From an uncultured candidatus Porisulfidus sp. (lineage in GTDB: Bacteria > Pseudomonadota > Gammaproteobacteria > Poriferisulfidales > Oxydemutatoraceae), in the NCBI GenBank assembly GCA_965215125.1, contig OZ244052.1:992001-1056000 (forward strand): a stretch of 64,000 nucleotides of DNA. The letters run 5' to 3'. The notes beneath the pieces were generated by a model. That model saw only the letters and a program-made list of their open reading frames with translations. It was not told the DNA's origin and did no database searches. Both the position numbers and the translations under genes were made by a program. Each line of letters begins with the position of its first letter. Position 1 is the first letter of the stretch. Below are positions 48,960 to 59,469 of the stretch, piece by piece.

Positions 48960-49373
48960 CTAATAGCCTGTCGTAGTTTCCGTAGAAGCGGTGCCGTCTA
49001 TTTGTTTGACACTTTTACTCATCTCTGCCAGCGTCTCCAAAATCTGATCACCGGGAGACTTATAAGACGAACTGCCGGAATCTTCACCGGCATCAATCTC
49101 GGAACTTTTCTGCAAATTGCGGTTGTCTTGCATAACCGATGCTTGCCTAGCCTCTATTGAAGAGTCTCTATTAGACTCTATGGACAATGAATTCATTCCT
49201 TGGTCACGGTTGTCTTTCACGGTATACCGATCCCTATCGCCCATCTGAGCCCTAAACGTTGTTATATCTTCCGGACTTGCTTCTCTTTTGGTGCTTGCCT
49301 TCCGGTTAAGCTGATCCTGGACTTTTTTTATAACACGCTGTTGTAGAGAGGTATTGCCAAATCTTATGGCCAC
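48960..49373 (-). CDS. sctI: SctI-like inner rod protein, apparently lacking the conserved C-terminal helix
   Basis: Position upstream of sctJ; ASPEDI..F...M and SPGD.IL..L..MS segments. Confidence 0.5.
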   Translation of the reverse strand: MAIRFGNTSLQQRVIKKVQDQLNRKASTKREASPEDITTFRAQMGDRDRYTVKDNRDQGMNSLSIESNRDSSIEARQASVMQDNRNLQKSSEIDAGEDSGSSSYKSPGDQILETLAEMSKSVKQIDGTASTETTTGY

Positions 49374-49772
49374 CTACTTTCCTCTGAGTTCCTCTAACAG
49401 TGTGTTGGCTAAATCCATGGCATCGGGATCGTCACCATCGCCCGCCTCCATCATTTCCTTGAGTACTTGCTCGCTTTCCGATCGCCGTTTTGCAAGATAT
49501 AGGCATAAGCCTAGAAAAGATCGGCAAACCAGCGCGCCCGAACTGCCCGATATATTATTTTTTCTAAGAAAAGCGACCGCGCCTTCGGGGTCGTTGTCGC
49601 AATTCAAGTAAACCATAGTCTTGCCTATAAGACCTACCGGGCTCTCGGGACGAGCAATGCAAACCGCATGAAAAATGGCTAAAGTATGTTCTTTCAGAGC
49701 TGGCCATCTACACGCAATGAAACCCAGTTGCGTGGCATCAACCAGTGCCTCCCTATTAAAGTTAAAAGTCAT
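49374..49772 (-). CDS. T3SS needle co-chaperone-like TPR protein (SctG/EscG/HrpB1-like)
   Basis: Helical 132 aa with IF.A....RP.S...LIG; directly after the needle gene. Confidence 0.6.
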   Translation of the reverse strand: MTFNFNREALVDATQLGFIACRWPALKEHTLAIFHAVCIARPESPVGLIGKTMVYLNCDNDPEGAVAFLRKNNISGSSGALVCRSFLGLCLYLAKRRSESEQVLKEMMEAGDGDDPDAMDLANTLLEELRGK

Positions 49773-49790
49773 GATCTTATTAACCCTGCG

Positions 49791-50012
49791 CTACATGCGC
49801 TGGGTTATGTTATCAATCATTTTTTTTACCGAAGATACTAACGCAGCCACCGTTTCCTCCTCCATAGAATACTTGCTGTATTCCATCTGTAATTGCATTA
49901 CATCTTGTACATTTGAAGGATCCATGTTCTTAGACATGTCGGCGATTTTGCTTTCTTCCTTATTTACCTGAGAGGTGATACCCCCTATTGCACTATCTAT
50001 ATTTATACCCAT
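49791..50012 (-). CDS. sctF: T3SS needle filament protein (SctF/EscF/YscF family)
   Basis: 73 aa; DPSN turn, ..LQ...SKYS and K.M...I.Q.M C-terminus; perfect AAGGAGGT SD at 50018-50025; first gene of the operon. Confidence 0.82.
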   Translation of the reverse strand: MGINIDSAIGGITSQVNKEESKIADMSKNMDPSNVQDVMQLQMEYSKYSMEEETVAALVSSVKKMIDNITQRM

Positions 50013-50354
50013 TTTATACCTCCTTAAGTTATAGTTAGTCTGTAGGAACTACATTAACACAAATTAGTGAATAAAACAAACAAAATCGTGAATTGTGTAA
50101 GCGCAAAGTAGTAATGGCAGGCTAAAACAGAACTGCCTCTTGTTGCAGTAACACAAATGGTATGACTTTGCACAGAACCTTGACGCATTGAGTAAAATTA
50201 GAATATTCCAACAACATGGGATGGAGCGCAACAAAAGTTTAGCTAAACATTCGTTAAAGAAAGTCTTTTCATACTTTCCGCACACTATAGGACGTATCGT
50301 GGTTAATCTGTTGCATAGTATAGCTTTAGATTAGAACATGTAAATCTTGCAAGC

Positions 50355-50363
50355 TGATATAAT
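50355..50363 (+). promoter_or_regulatory. Extended -10 element before hslV
   Basis: TGATATAAT ends 9 nt before the ATG and no SD is visible, suggesting a nearly leaderless mRNA. Confidence 0.4.
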
Positions 50364-50372
50364 ACACTTTCA

Positions 50373-50906
50373 ATGGAAATGTTTCACGGAACCACAATTT
50401 TATCGGTACGCAAAGAAGGTTGCTTGGTCATGGGCGGTGACGGTCAAGTCACAATGGGCAATACAATCGTCAAACATCGTGCACGCAAGGTACGGCGTTT
50501 GAACAACAATCAGGTTTTGGCAGGGTTTGCCGGCAGTACCGCCGATGCTTTCACCTTGTTTGAGCGTTTTGAAGGCAAATTGCAGGAGCACGGCGGTCAA
50601 TTACTGCGGGCCGCCGTTGAATTAGCCAAAGACTGGCGTATGGATCGTAATCTAAGACAACTGCAAGCCCTGCTTGCGGTTGCCGACAAGCATACCTCGT
50701 TGCTGGTATCGGGTACCGGAGATGTCATAGAGCCCGAGTACGATTTGATTGCCATCGGGTCGGGAGGGGATTACGCGCGCGCTGCCGCACTTGCTCTGCT
50801 TGAACATTCATCGCTGGATGCACGAACTTTAGTTGAGCAGGCATTGACAATCGCAAGCGAGATTTGCGTGTTCACAAACCGAGAACTTGTTCTAGAAACC
50901 TTATAA
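50373..50906 (+). CDS. hslV: ATP-dependent protease peptidase subunit HslV
   Basis: [25 protein letters not shown] and IGSGG motifs. Confidence 0.96.
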   Translation: MEMFHGTTILSVRKEGCLVMGGDGQVTMGNTIVKHRARKVRRLNNNQVLAGFAGSTADAFTLFERFEGKLQEHGGQLLRAAVELAKDWRMDRNLRQLQALLAVADKHTSLLVSGTGDVIEPEYDLIAIGSGGDYARAAALALLEHSSLDARTLVEQALTIASEICVFTNRELVLETL

Positions 50907-50937
50907 CACGGCTTTTTATATATAACGAGGAGATTTT

Positions 50938-52281
50938 ATGTCCGATATGACACCCAAAGAAATAGTTGCCCAGTTAGACAAATTTATCATAGGGCAAGAT
51001 AACGCAAAGCGCGCGGTTGCCATCGCTTTGCGCAATCGCTGGCGACGGATGCAAGTTGCCGAACCGTTGCGTAGCGAGATTACGCCCAAGAATATTTTGA
51101 TGATAGGTCCGACCGGGGTTGGCAAAACCGAAATTGCAAAACGTCTTTCGGATATAGAAGAAGCACCTTTTTTGAAAGTGGAAGCGACCAAGTTCACCGA
51201 AGTCGGATATGTAGGACGCGATGTGGAATCAATCGTGCGCGATCTAGCCCAGATCGCTTTCAACAAGGTACGCGAACGAGAATTTGCAAAACACGATAGC
51301 CTCGCACAAAAATTAGCGGTAGATAAGGTTATAGAAGGCTTGGTGGATAACTTAAAAGAAACATACCACGAACGAGAGGGGTTGGATGAAAATCAACTGC
51401 GTGAAGATATGCGTAGATCGGTGGAACAAGGGAGCTTAGACGATCAAAAGATTAAAATTGCCGTCTCTAAACCCCAGGTCAATCTCGGCGTCATGTCGGT
51501 GCCGGGGCTGGAGAGCATCGGTGAGCAAATGCAAGATATGTTCAAAAATCTAGGTAATCTAGGCTTGGGCGCACACAAGGAACACAGAACGATGACCGTA
51601 AAACACGCGCTGAAAATGTTAAAGCAGGAAGAATTGGAAAAAATGATAGACCAAGAAGGCTTGCATACCTTGGTCGTAGAAGAAACCGAGCAGCACGGCA
51701 TCGTTTTTATAGACGAAATAGATAAGTTGGCGCGTCGCGCGCAAGGAACGACCCAAGGCGAAGTCTCCCGCGAGGGCGTACAACGAGATCTACTGCCTTT
51801 GATAGAAGGGTCTACCGTCAGCACTCGCTACGGGATGATCAAAACCAACCATATACTGTTCATCGCTGCCGGTGCCTTTCACTTCTCTAAGCCCTCGGAA
51901 CTGATACCCGAATTGCAGGGTCGGTTGCCGATACGGGTTGAACTTGAACCGTTGGATGTAGAGGCGTTTATTAAAATTTTGAGAGACACCGGTAATTCTT
52001 TGATCAAACAGTATCAAGCACTGCTCGCCCAAGAGGGCTTGAATGTGACATTCAGCGAAGGTGCAATTAAGCGCATCGCAACGATTGCCTACGACATCAA
52101 TAAAAACACCGAGAATATAGGCGCACGGCGGTTACAGACGGTGATGGAGCGACTGTTGGAAGACATTTCTTTTACTGCACCCGAGTCAAGCAAAAAGAAA
52201 ATAAGCATCAGCGAGAAAGTCGTAGACAAGCAGTTAGCCGATATCGCTAAGGATCAAGACCTCAGTTCGTACATTCTCTAA
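50938..52281 (+). CDS. hslU: ATP-dependent protease ATPase subunit HslU
   Basis: GPTGVGKTE, KFTEVGYVG, FIDEIDK, ELQGRLP and C-terminal DLS.YIL. Confidence 0.97.
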   Translation: MSDMTPKEIVAQLDKFIIGQDNAKRAVAIALRNRWRRMQVAEPLRSEITPKNILMIGPTGVGKTEIAKRLSDIEEAPFLKVEATKFTEVGYVGRDVESIVRDLAQIAFNKVREREFAKHDSLAQKLAVDKVIEGLVDNLKETYHEREGLDENQLREDMRRSVEQGSLDDQKIKIAVSKPQVNLGVMSVPGLESIGEQMQDMFKNLGNLGLGAHKEHRTMTVKHALKMLKQEELEKMIDQEGLHTLVVEETEQHGIVFIDEIDKLARRAQGTTQGEVSREGVQRDLLPLIEGSTVSTRYGMIKTNHILFIAAGAFHFSKPSELIPELQGRLPIRVELEPLDVEAFIKILRDTGNSLIKQYQALLAQEGLNVTFSEGAIKRIATIAYDINKNTENIGARRLQTVMERLLEDISFTAPESSKKKISISEKVVDKQLADIAKDQDLSSYIL

Positions 52282-52284
52282 GCG

Positions 52285-52656
52285 ATGTCGGATACCCAAC
52301 TCAGCGAAATTCATCTGCACCAAACCTCTAGAGTGTTAGAGCTGGTGTTCAACGACGGCAAGAAGTTCAACTTAAGCTGCGAATATTTGCGTGTATATTC
52401 ACCCTCGGCGGAAGTTGCCGGGCACGGTCCCGGCCAGGAAGTATTACAGGTCGGCAAAGAGGATGTCAATATCTCGGCACTGGAGCCGGTCGGCAACTAC
52501 GCAGTTAAGATAATATTTGACGATGGACATAGTACCGGTATCTACACTTGGGACTATTTATACGATTTGGGGGCGAATTACGAGCCCAAATGGCGTAACT
52601 ATTTGCAAAGGCTTGAAGCGGCCGGCTTTGAGCGCAAAGAAAATCGCCTGGCTTAA
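52285..52656 (+). CDS. DUF971 / gamma-butyrobetaine hydroxylase-like N-terminal domain protein
   Basis: EYLRVYSPSAEV.GHG, VGNYAV...FDDGH.TGIY.W.YL. Confidence 0.9.
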   Translation: MSDTQLSEIHLHQTSRVLELVFNDGKKFNLSCEYLRVYSPSAEVAGHGPGQEVLQVGKEDVNISALEPVGNYAVKIIFDDGHSTGIYTWDYLYDLGANYEPKWRNYLQRLEAAGFERKENRLA

Positions 52657-52724
52657 ATATATGTTGAATGTATAGAGAAAAATACGAATAATTTGCCACA
52701 TCCTCAATCCGATAAATCCAAGCT

Positions 52725-53465
52725 ATGAGAGACTCAAAGACGCATTTCGGTTTTCGCAAAGTCAACCTTGCCGATAAACCTAAACTGGTCGACGAAGTGT
52801 TTAGTTCGGTGGCAAATCGCTACGACTTGATGAACGACCTGATGTCTTTGGGGTTACATCGGTTATGGAAATGGATTGCAACGACGGCTTGCGGCATCAG
52901 ACCCGATATGCGTGTTTTAGACCTTGCCGGTGGTACTGCCGATATGGCAATACGCATCAAACCTTTTATGCAAGCCCAAGGGTTGCTGACGGTTGCCGAT
53001 ATCAACCAGGCGATGTTATCGGAAGGACAAGACCGTCTATTCGATCTCGGTTATGCCGATGTGCCTTTTGTTCGTTGCGATGCCGAAAACCTACCCTTCC
53101 CCGACCATACTTTTGATTGCATCGTAGTCGCCTTCGGGTTGAGAAATATGAGTTCTAAACAAAGCGCATTGCGTTCTATGCTGCGGGTGCTCAAACCTGC
53201 CGGTCGGTTGGTGGTGCTGGAGTTTTCCGAACCCCACAGATGGTTGCGGCGTCTGTACCATTGGTATTCTTTTAATGTGATACCCAAACTGGGGGATTGT
53301 GTGACGGGAGACGAAGGCAGTTATCGTTATTTGGTCGAATCGATTCGCGTCCACCCGAATCAGCAAGCACTACGCGAGATGATTATCCAAAGCGGGTTTG
53401 TGCGTTGCGAAATCTATAATCTATCGGGTGGTATCGTTGCGATACACCGTGCGTATAAACCATGA
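52725..53465 (+). CDS. ubiE: Ubiquinone/menaquinone C-methyltransferase UbiE
   Basis: YDLMNDLMSLGLHRLWK, LDLAGGT.D, FGLRN and YRYLVESI motifs. Confidence 0.95.
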   Translation: MRDSKTHFGFRKVNLADKPKLVDEVFSSVANRYDLMNDLMSLGLHRLWKWIATTACGIRPDMRVLDLAGGTADMAIRIKPFMQAQGLLTVADINQAMLSEGQDRLFDLGYADVPFVRCDAENLPFPDHTFDCIVVAFGLRNMSSKQSALRSMLRVLKPAGRLVVLEFSEPHRWLRRLYHWYSFNVIPKLGDCVTGDEGSYRYLVESIRVHPNQQALREMIIQSGFVRCEIYNLSGGIVAIHRAYKP

Positions 53466-54073
53466 CGATGAATCTGAGTTCCCAAAAACTAGCCCCGCTG
53501 CTCGATTATGCAATCACCCGTTATCTGCAAGCGGATCCGTTACTCGTTGCATCGTCGTTAAAGAAAATGGCAGGCAAGACGGTCGGAGTATCTCTCAAGG
53601 CTCCGGAGCTAGAATTTTTTTTGCTAATCAAAGAAGATACGATTCGCATTTGTGCCGATTTTTCGGAGCAACCGGATACTTGGATACGCGGCAGTCTTTT
53701 TGATTTGGTCAAGCTGGGCTTGGATAAAGACGGCAACACATCGGCAATGCATCTGGAAATTATAGGCGACGTACAGTTGGGACAAAGGCTACAGCAGTTG
53801 TTCTCCGAGATAGAGTTTGACTGGGAAGAATTGCTTGCCCCGATAATCGGCGATATCGCAACAAATCAGTTCGGTGAGGGCGTACGCGCGGCAAACGATT
53901 TTATCGCTCGCTGTATAGACTCTTTGGCTTATAGCAGTGGCGAGTTTCTGCGCGAAGAGCTGAAAATAACACCGACGAAGCAAGAAATCGCTTATTTTAT
54001 AGACCATGTAGAAAAGCTACGAGATACCGTAGAACGCTTGGATGCAAGACTACATCGTATCGTGCGCACATAA
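53462..54073 (+). CDS. ubiJ: Ubiquinone biosynthesis accessory factor UbiJ
   Basis: SCP2-like region, DWEE.LA..IGD and a C-terminal coiled coil; between ubiE and ubiB. Confidence 0.88.
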   Translation: MTMNLSSQKLAPLLDYAITRYLQADPLLVASSLKKMAGKTVGVSLKAPELEFFLLIKEDTIRICADFSEQPDTWIRGSLFDLVKLGLDKDGNTSAMHLEIIGDVQLGQRLQQLFSEIEFDWEELLAPIIGDIATNQFGEGVRAANDFIARCIDSLAYSSGEFLREELKITPTKQEIAYFIDHVEKLRDTVERLDARLHRIVRT

Positions 54074-55617
54074 TGTTTATCTTAAAATTGTGGCGGTTGC
54101 TCGCGATCAATCTAGTGCTGGTTCGACACGGCTTGGACGAGATTGTATTGGCTATTCATTTGTTCAGACCGATCCACTTTATCTTTTATTTACTGCCGTG
54201 GAATTGGCTGGGTAAGAAGAAAAAACCCCTTGCGGTCAGAATAAGATTGGCATTGGAAGACCTCGGCCCGATATTCGTTAAATTCGGGCAAGCCCTTTCT
54301 ACCAGACCGGATTTATTGTCGCCCGAACTGATTACCGAATTGGAGAAACTGCAAGATAAGGTGCCGCCTTTTGCGGGCGATATCGCCCGCGCGAAGGTTG
54401 AGGAGGTCATGGAAGCACCCATAAACAAAGTGTTCGCATATTTTGATACCACACCACTGGCTTCGGCATCTATCGCGCAAGTGCATGCGGCGCGATTGGA
54501 CGACGGTAGCGAGGTGGTCGTGAAAATCCTGCGCCCGAATGTTCAAAAGCGAATCAAACGCGACCTTGAATTGCTTCACACTATGGCGCGTCTCGCCGAG
54601 CGTTATTGGTCCGAAGGCAGACGCTTGCATGCGGTCGATGTGGTGCACGAATATGAAAAAACCATCACCGATGAACTGGATTTATTGCGCGAAGCGGCGA
54701 ATGCCGGACAACTACGGAGAAACTTCGAGGGTTCCGATTTGCTTTATGTGCCTAAAATCTATTGGGATTATTGTCGGCGCGAAGTCATCGTGATGGAGCG
54801 CATATACGGTGTGCCGGTCAACGATATAGAGGAATTAAAACGCCATGATACCGATTTACGGAAGCTCGCACATTGCGGTGTGGAAATTTTCTTCACCCAA
54901 GTATTCGACCATAATTTTTTTCACGCCGACATGCACCCCGGCAATATATTCGTGTCGATAGAGAACCCGCTGGAACCTTATTATATGGGTGTTGACTTCG
55001 GCATCGTCGGTAGCTTGGACTTGAGTGATCAACGTTATCTTGCGGAAAATTTTTTGGCGTTCTTCAATCGCGACTATCGGCGCGTTGCCGAACTTCATAT
55101 AGAGTCCGGATGGATACCGGCGGATGTCCGCCTAGACGAGTTTGAATCGGCAATTCGGACGGTATGCGAACCCATTTTTCAGCGACCTTTGAACGAAATA
55201 TCCTTCGGTGCTTTGCTATTGCGCCTATTCCAAACCGCCCGACGCTTTAATATGGAGGTTCAACCGCAACTGATTTTATTGCAAAAAACCTTGCTAAACA
55301 TAGAAGGTTTAGGGCGACAGCTATACCCGCAACTGGATTTGTGGGAAACCGCAAAACCCTTTTTGGAGCGTTGGATGCGGCAGCGCAGACACCCGACGAC
55401 GTTGTTGAAGCGATTGCTTAAACAACTACCGGCGTTGATCGAGAAAGGTGCCGATATGATAGAGGCGGGTGGCAATCCACCGACCGCCGATACCGAACGC
55501 GCGCAACTGCGCGAAGAAATCTCCCGCTTGAGTAGCGAACTGAAACGATGGCGCATCGCCTTGGTTGCTATCGTGATTGCCGGTGCGGTGGCATTCGTTA
55601 TAACATGGTGGACTTGA
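54073..55617 (+). CDS. ubiB: Ubiquinone biosynthesis kinase-like protein UbiB
   Basis: [35 protein letters not shown] and DFG motifs. Confidence 0.96.
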   Translation: MFILKLWRLLAINLVLVRHGLDEIVLAIHLFRPIHFIFYLLPWNWLGKKKKPLAVRIRLALEDLGPIFVKFGQALSTRPDLLSPELITELEKLQDKVPPFAGDIARAKVEEVMEAPINKVFAYFDTTPLASASIAQVHAARLDDGSEVVVKILRPNVQKRIKRDLELLHTMARLAERYWSEGRRLHAVDVVHEYEKTITDELDLLREAANAGQLRRNFEGSDLLYVPKIYWDYCRREVIVMERIYGVPVNDIEELKRHDTDLRKLAHCGVEIFFTQVFDHNFFHADMHPGNIFVSIENPLEPYYMGVDFGIVGSLDLSDQRYLAENFLAFFNRDYRRVAELHIESGWIPADVRLDEFESAIRTVCEPIFQRPLNEISFGALLLRLFQTARRFNMEVQPQLILLQKTLLNIEGLGRQLYPQLDLWETAKPFLERWMRQRRHPTTLLKRLLKQLPALIEKGADMIEAGGNPPTADTERAQLREEISRLSSELKRWRIALVAIVIAGAVAFVITWWT

Positions 55618-55620
55618 ACA

Positions 55621-57825
55621 GTGTCCGATAATACCGATATCAAAGCACAGATCTTAGCCGATTTGAACGACGAACAACAATCGGCAGTCGCCGCACCGCC
55701 GTGTTCGGCATTGGTATTGGCAGGTGCCGGTAGCGGCAAGACCCGAGTATTGGTTCATCGCATTGCTTGGTTATGCGCTGCAGAGGGAATCCCGGAATAT
55801 GCAATCATGGCGGTTACATTCACCAATAAAGCAGCGAACGAAATGCGCGCACGCATCGCATCACTCAACGGCAGATCGCCGAGCAACATGTGGGTCGGCA
55901 CCTTTCACGGTCTGTGCCACCGATTTTTACGCCTTCACGGCGAACAGATCGGTTTGCCTAAAACATTTCAGGTAATTGACGCAGCCGATCAACTGAGGCT
56001 GGTTAAACGGATTACTCGAAGCCTCGAAATCGACGAAGACAGATGCGCACCGAAGAACACCCGATACATGATAAACCAGTGCAAAGAAGAGGGTCTGAGG
56101 GCAGATGCCGTTCCGTCCGACTACAGCGCACATCCCATGTTCAAGCACGCCTTAAGAATTTATCGCAACTATGAAAACCTTTGTGCGGAAATGCATTTGG
56201 TCGACTTCAGTGAATTGCTGCTCGCAACCCACGAACTGCTTCGCGACCACGATGCGTTGAGGCAACAATATCAAAGCCGTTTTAAGCATATTTTGGTCGA
56301 TGAGTTTCAAGACACGAACCGATTGCAATACGCATGGTTGCGAGTATTGGCAGGCGAGCAAATCCCGGTGTTTGCAGTCGGCGACGACGACCAATCCATA
56401 TACGGGTGGCGGGGTGCATGTGTCGGGAACCTCTACAGTTTTGAAAAAGATTTTAAGGATGTGCATATCTACCGTCTGGAGCGCAACTATCGCTCTACCG
56501 CAGTCATACTCGCCGCCGCCAATGCCCTGATAAAAAACAACGACGGACGCGTGGGCAAGCAGTTGTGGACAGCCGAAAAAGGTGGCAACAAAATAAAGCT
56601 ATACACCGCATTCAATGAAGAAGAGGAAGCGAACTATGTCGTAGAAACCGCCAATCAATGGCAAACACAGCGGCGCGCATTATCCGAAATCGCAGTGTGC
56701 TATCGTGCGAACGCACAATCACGCATCATAGAAAGTGCTTTGGCAGGTGCCGGCATTCCTTATCGCGTCTACGGCGGGCTTAGATTTTTTGAACGCGCGA
56801 TTATCAAGCACGCACTGGCGTATCTGAGGTTAACTGCCAACCCTAACGACGATCCCTCTTTTGAACGCATCGTCAATTATCCGCCACGCGGCATCGGCAC
56901 TCGCACCGTGGGAATAATCACCGAACACGCCGGCACTACAAATGCGAGCTTGTGGAAAACCGCACTACAGCTGATGAAAACCAAAACCTTGAGTGCGCGG
57001 GCAGGCATGGCAATGCAGGCTTTCTTTGATTTGATTAAGAACCTCGGTGCCGATTTCAAAGTTCAACCGCTTCCTCAAAAGGTGGAAAAAGTGATACGGT
57101 TAATCATTCCATATCTTGAAAAACAACATAGCGAAAGTGCCCAATCCGATATAGAAAATCTCGAGGAATTGGTCAAGGCTGCCGAGCAATTCGCCAACCA
57201 ATGGCAAAAAATCGGGGATACCGATATGGACGAACTCGATGCCTTTTTATCGCATGTCGCTCTGGAGGCGGGCGACAACGAAGCCGAAAGCGACGAAGAC
57301 AGCGTACAGCTGATGACTTTACATTCGTCTAAAGGACTGGAATTTCCGTTGGTTATTATCACCGGCATGGAAGAGGGTTTATTTCCGCACAGCCGTTCTT
57401 TGAGCGACGAAAGTGGCTCGGAGGGTTTAGAAGAAGAACGCAGACTATGCTATGTCGGCATCACCCGCGCCCGTGAGCAACTGATTTTATGTCATGCACA
57501 ATTGCGCAACCTATCGTACGGCACACCCACATACAACCAACCCTCTCGCTTTTTGGACGAATTGCCTGTCGACTTGACTGAAGCGGTGCGACCGCAAAGT
57601 AATGGCGCATCGTACTATCGATCGTCCAATTCGGATGATGCGGCAAGACCTATTCCGGATATCGGCGGGCTTGTTGCAGGGCAACGCGTGACACACCCTA
57701 TTTTCGGCGACGGTGTGGTGCTTGATTTTGAAGGCACCGACAAAAACACTCGTATCCAAGTCCGCTTTGATAAGGCAGGTACTAAATGGATGGTATCGGA
57801 ATATACCAAACTGCAAAAAATCTAG
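55621..57825 (+). CDS. uvrD: DNA helicase II UvrD
   Basis: AGAGSGKT, VDEFQD, GDDDQSIY, HSSKGLEF, EERRLCYVG.TRA and a C-terminal Tudor-like domain. Confidence 0.93.
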   Translation: MSDNTDIKAQILADLNDEQQSAVAAPPCSALVLAGAGSGKTRVLVHRIAWLCAAEGIPEYAIMAVTFTNKAANEMRARIASLNGRSPSNMWVGTFHGLCHRFLRLHGEQIGLPKTFQVIDAADQLRLVKRITRSLEIDEDRCAPKNTRYMINQCKEEGLRADAVPSDYSAHPMFKHALRIYRNYENLCAEMHLVDFSELLLATHELLRDHDALRQQYQSRFKHILVDEFQDTNRLQYAWLRVLAGEQIPVFAVGDDDQSIYGWRGACVGNLYSFEKDFKDVHIYRLERNYRSTAVILAAANALIKNNDGRVGKQLWTAEKGGNKIKLYTAFNEEEEANYVVETANQWQTQRRALSEIAVCYRANAQSRIIESALAGAGIPYRVYGGLRFFERAIIKHALAYLRLTANPNDDPSFERIVNYPPRGIGTRTVGIITEHAGTTNASLWKTALQLMKTKTLSARAGMAMQAFFDLIKNLGADFKVQPLPQKVEKVIRLIIPYLEKQHSESAQSDIENLEELVKAAEQFANQWQKIGDTDMDELDAFLSHVALEAGDNEAESDEDSVQLMTLHSSKGLEFPLVIITGMEEGLFPHSRSLSDESGSEGLEEERRLCYVGITRAREQLILCHAQLRNLSYGTPTYNQPSRFLDELPVDLTEAVRPQSNGASYYRSSNSDDAARPIPDIGGLVAGQRVTHPIFGDGVVLDFEGTDKNTRIQVRFDKAGTKWMVSEYTKLQKI

Positions 57826-57950
57826 CGGTCTATGGCTATAGTGTAGAATATACAAACATGTATCCCGATTGGTTGCATACCTACCAACCCCAACAGGTAC
57901 GACTAGTTAAAACATAACCGCAAAACACCGGGAAGTAGGCTAAGAAAATT

Positions 57951-59054
57951 ATGAAAAGAAGAGACTTTATCAATAAAGCAACAGGGGCACTTTTAGCGAC
58001 ACCGCTCGTCGGGTGTACTCAAAACGAGCAAACAGCCGCCAAGCAGATCAGCGATAACAAAACATATCGCTGGAAGATGGTGACTTGCTGGCCCAAAAAC
58101 TATCCGGGATTGGGCACCAGTGCCGAGCGTATCGCCGAGAGCATCAATAGAATGTCAAACGGTCGTTTGCAAGTTACGGTCTACGGTGCAGGCGAATTGG
58201 TTTCGGCATTCGAGGTCTTTGATACGGTGCGCAGCGGCGCAGTTGCTATGGGACATTCCGCTGCTTATTACTGGCAAGGCAAAAATCGCGCATTTAATTT
58301 CTTCAGCTCGGTGCCGTTCGGTATGAACATCGTTGAAATGACCGCATGGTTCAATCATGGCGGTGGCCAAGCACTATGGGACGAAGGCTATGGCGAGTTC
58401 GGCTTGATACCGATTGCGGTTGGCGGTACCGGTATACAAATGGGTGGCTGGTTTAATCGCGAGATCAATGGCATTGAAGACCTAAAGGGAATAAAGATAA
58501 GAATACCGGGGCTTGCCAGTCAAATTTATGAACGATTGGGCATGATCCCGGTTAATCTACCGGGTGGCGAATTGTTCACCGCACTACAAACAGGGATGAT
58601 CGATGCGGTAGAGTGGGTCTCACCGTATAACGATTTGACTTTAGGTTTTTATAAAATTGCTAAATACTATTATTATCCGGGTTGGCAAGAACCGGGGGTC
58701 CTCCTAGAGTGCATACTCAACAAGGAAATGTTTATGGAATTGCCGGAAGATTTACAAGCCATCGTGCGCAATGCCTGCAATGCCGAAAGCATGCGTGTGC
58801 TTACCGAATATTTGGCACTGAACCCCGAATCGTTAAGGATATTGCAAGATAAGCACGGGGTACGGTTGCGCAAATTCCCCAACCCGGTGATTAATCGGAT
58901 ACGAGAAGTCGCCGGCGATGTCCTTCAAGAAGTAGCCTCCGAAAGTGATTATGCCCGACGAGTATACCGGTCATTCAACGATTTTCTGGGAAAAATGACA
59001 ATGTGGTCGCAATATTCCGAGAAAATGGTATATGATATACGCAACGCTAAGTAA
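57951..59054 (+). CDS. dctP: TRAP transporter substrate-binding protein (TakP-like)
   Basis: Tat signal KRRDF, WKMVT.WP, QMGGWF..EI and YYYPGW.EPG motifs. Confidence 0.9.
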   Translation: MKRRDFINKATGALLATPLVGCTQNEQTAAKQISDNKTYRWKMVTCWPKNYPGLGTSAERIAESINRMSNGRLQVTVYGAGELVSAFEVFDTVRSGAVAMGHSAAYYWQGKNRAFNFFSSVPFGMNIVEMTAWFNHGGGQALWDEGYGEFGLIPIAVGGTGIQMGGWFNREINGIEDLKGIKIRIPGLASQIYERLGMIPVNLPGGELFTALQTGMIDAVEWVSPYNDLTLGFYKIAKYYYYPGWQEPGVLLECILNKEMFMELPEDLQAIVRNACNAESMRVLTEYLALNPESLRILQDKHGVRLRKFPNPVINRIREVAGDVLQEVASESDYARRVYRSFNDFLGKMTMWSQYSEKMVYDIRNAK

Positions 59055-59089
59055 TAAAATGGGAACAGACAAATTTACGGGAGAAAAAA

Positions 59090-59377
59090 ATGGAAGTATT
59101 CGGTTATGACATAGGAACTTTTACTTTTTTTGCATTTAGCTTTTTAGCGGCACTTTTTATTTTTCTGTCTGCCATATTCGGCTGCAAAGAAGAAACCAAC
59201 ATGCATCGCTGGGTGCGGGGTGTCTTAGGATTCGCCTATTTGTTTGTGACCTTCGTTGCCGTCGTACAGTTGGAGAGCGCAGATTTTCAATATCAGCAAC
59301 AACTGCTACCGTTCATAATGATGTTTGCAAGCAAAAGTGCGGCTACCGGCAAATTATCCGACCCGAAAATTTTATAG
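59090..59377 (+). CDS. Small hypothetical membrane protein
   Basis: 95 aa, GGAG RBS, two hydrophobic segments. Confidence 0.55.
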   Translation: MEVFGYDIGTFTFFAFSFLAALFIFLSAIFGCKEETNMHRWVRGVLGFAYLFVTFVAVVQLESADFQYQQQLLPFIMMFASKSAATGKLSDPKIL

Positions 59378-59458
59378 CCTGCCACCCCTCCAGAGGAGGG
59401 GAATGATCCGCCCCTACATTTCGTGGTTTACATTGCAGTTCTATTTTTCAACACCCTC
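59378..59458 (+). repeat. Repeat family A copy between convergent genes
   Basis: cctgccacccctccagaggaggggaatg...cgcccctac...tttttcaacaccctc. Confidence 0.7.
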
Positions 59459-59469
59459 TCGTGCGCCTT

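Noticed and set aside
50064-50285. 73-aa ORF upstream of sctF, and a T3SS-specific promoter box
   Set aside because: Cys-rich ORF without RBS or recognisable motif; no convincing hrp-box or ECF consensus could be read
54061-54090. dif-like sequence gtgcgcacataatgtttatcttaaaat
   Set aside because: Spacing and the XerD arm do not fit, and it is simply the ubiJ/ubiB TAATG overlap
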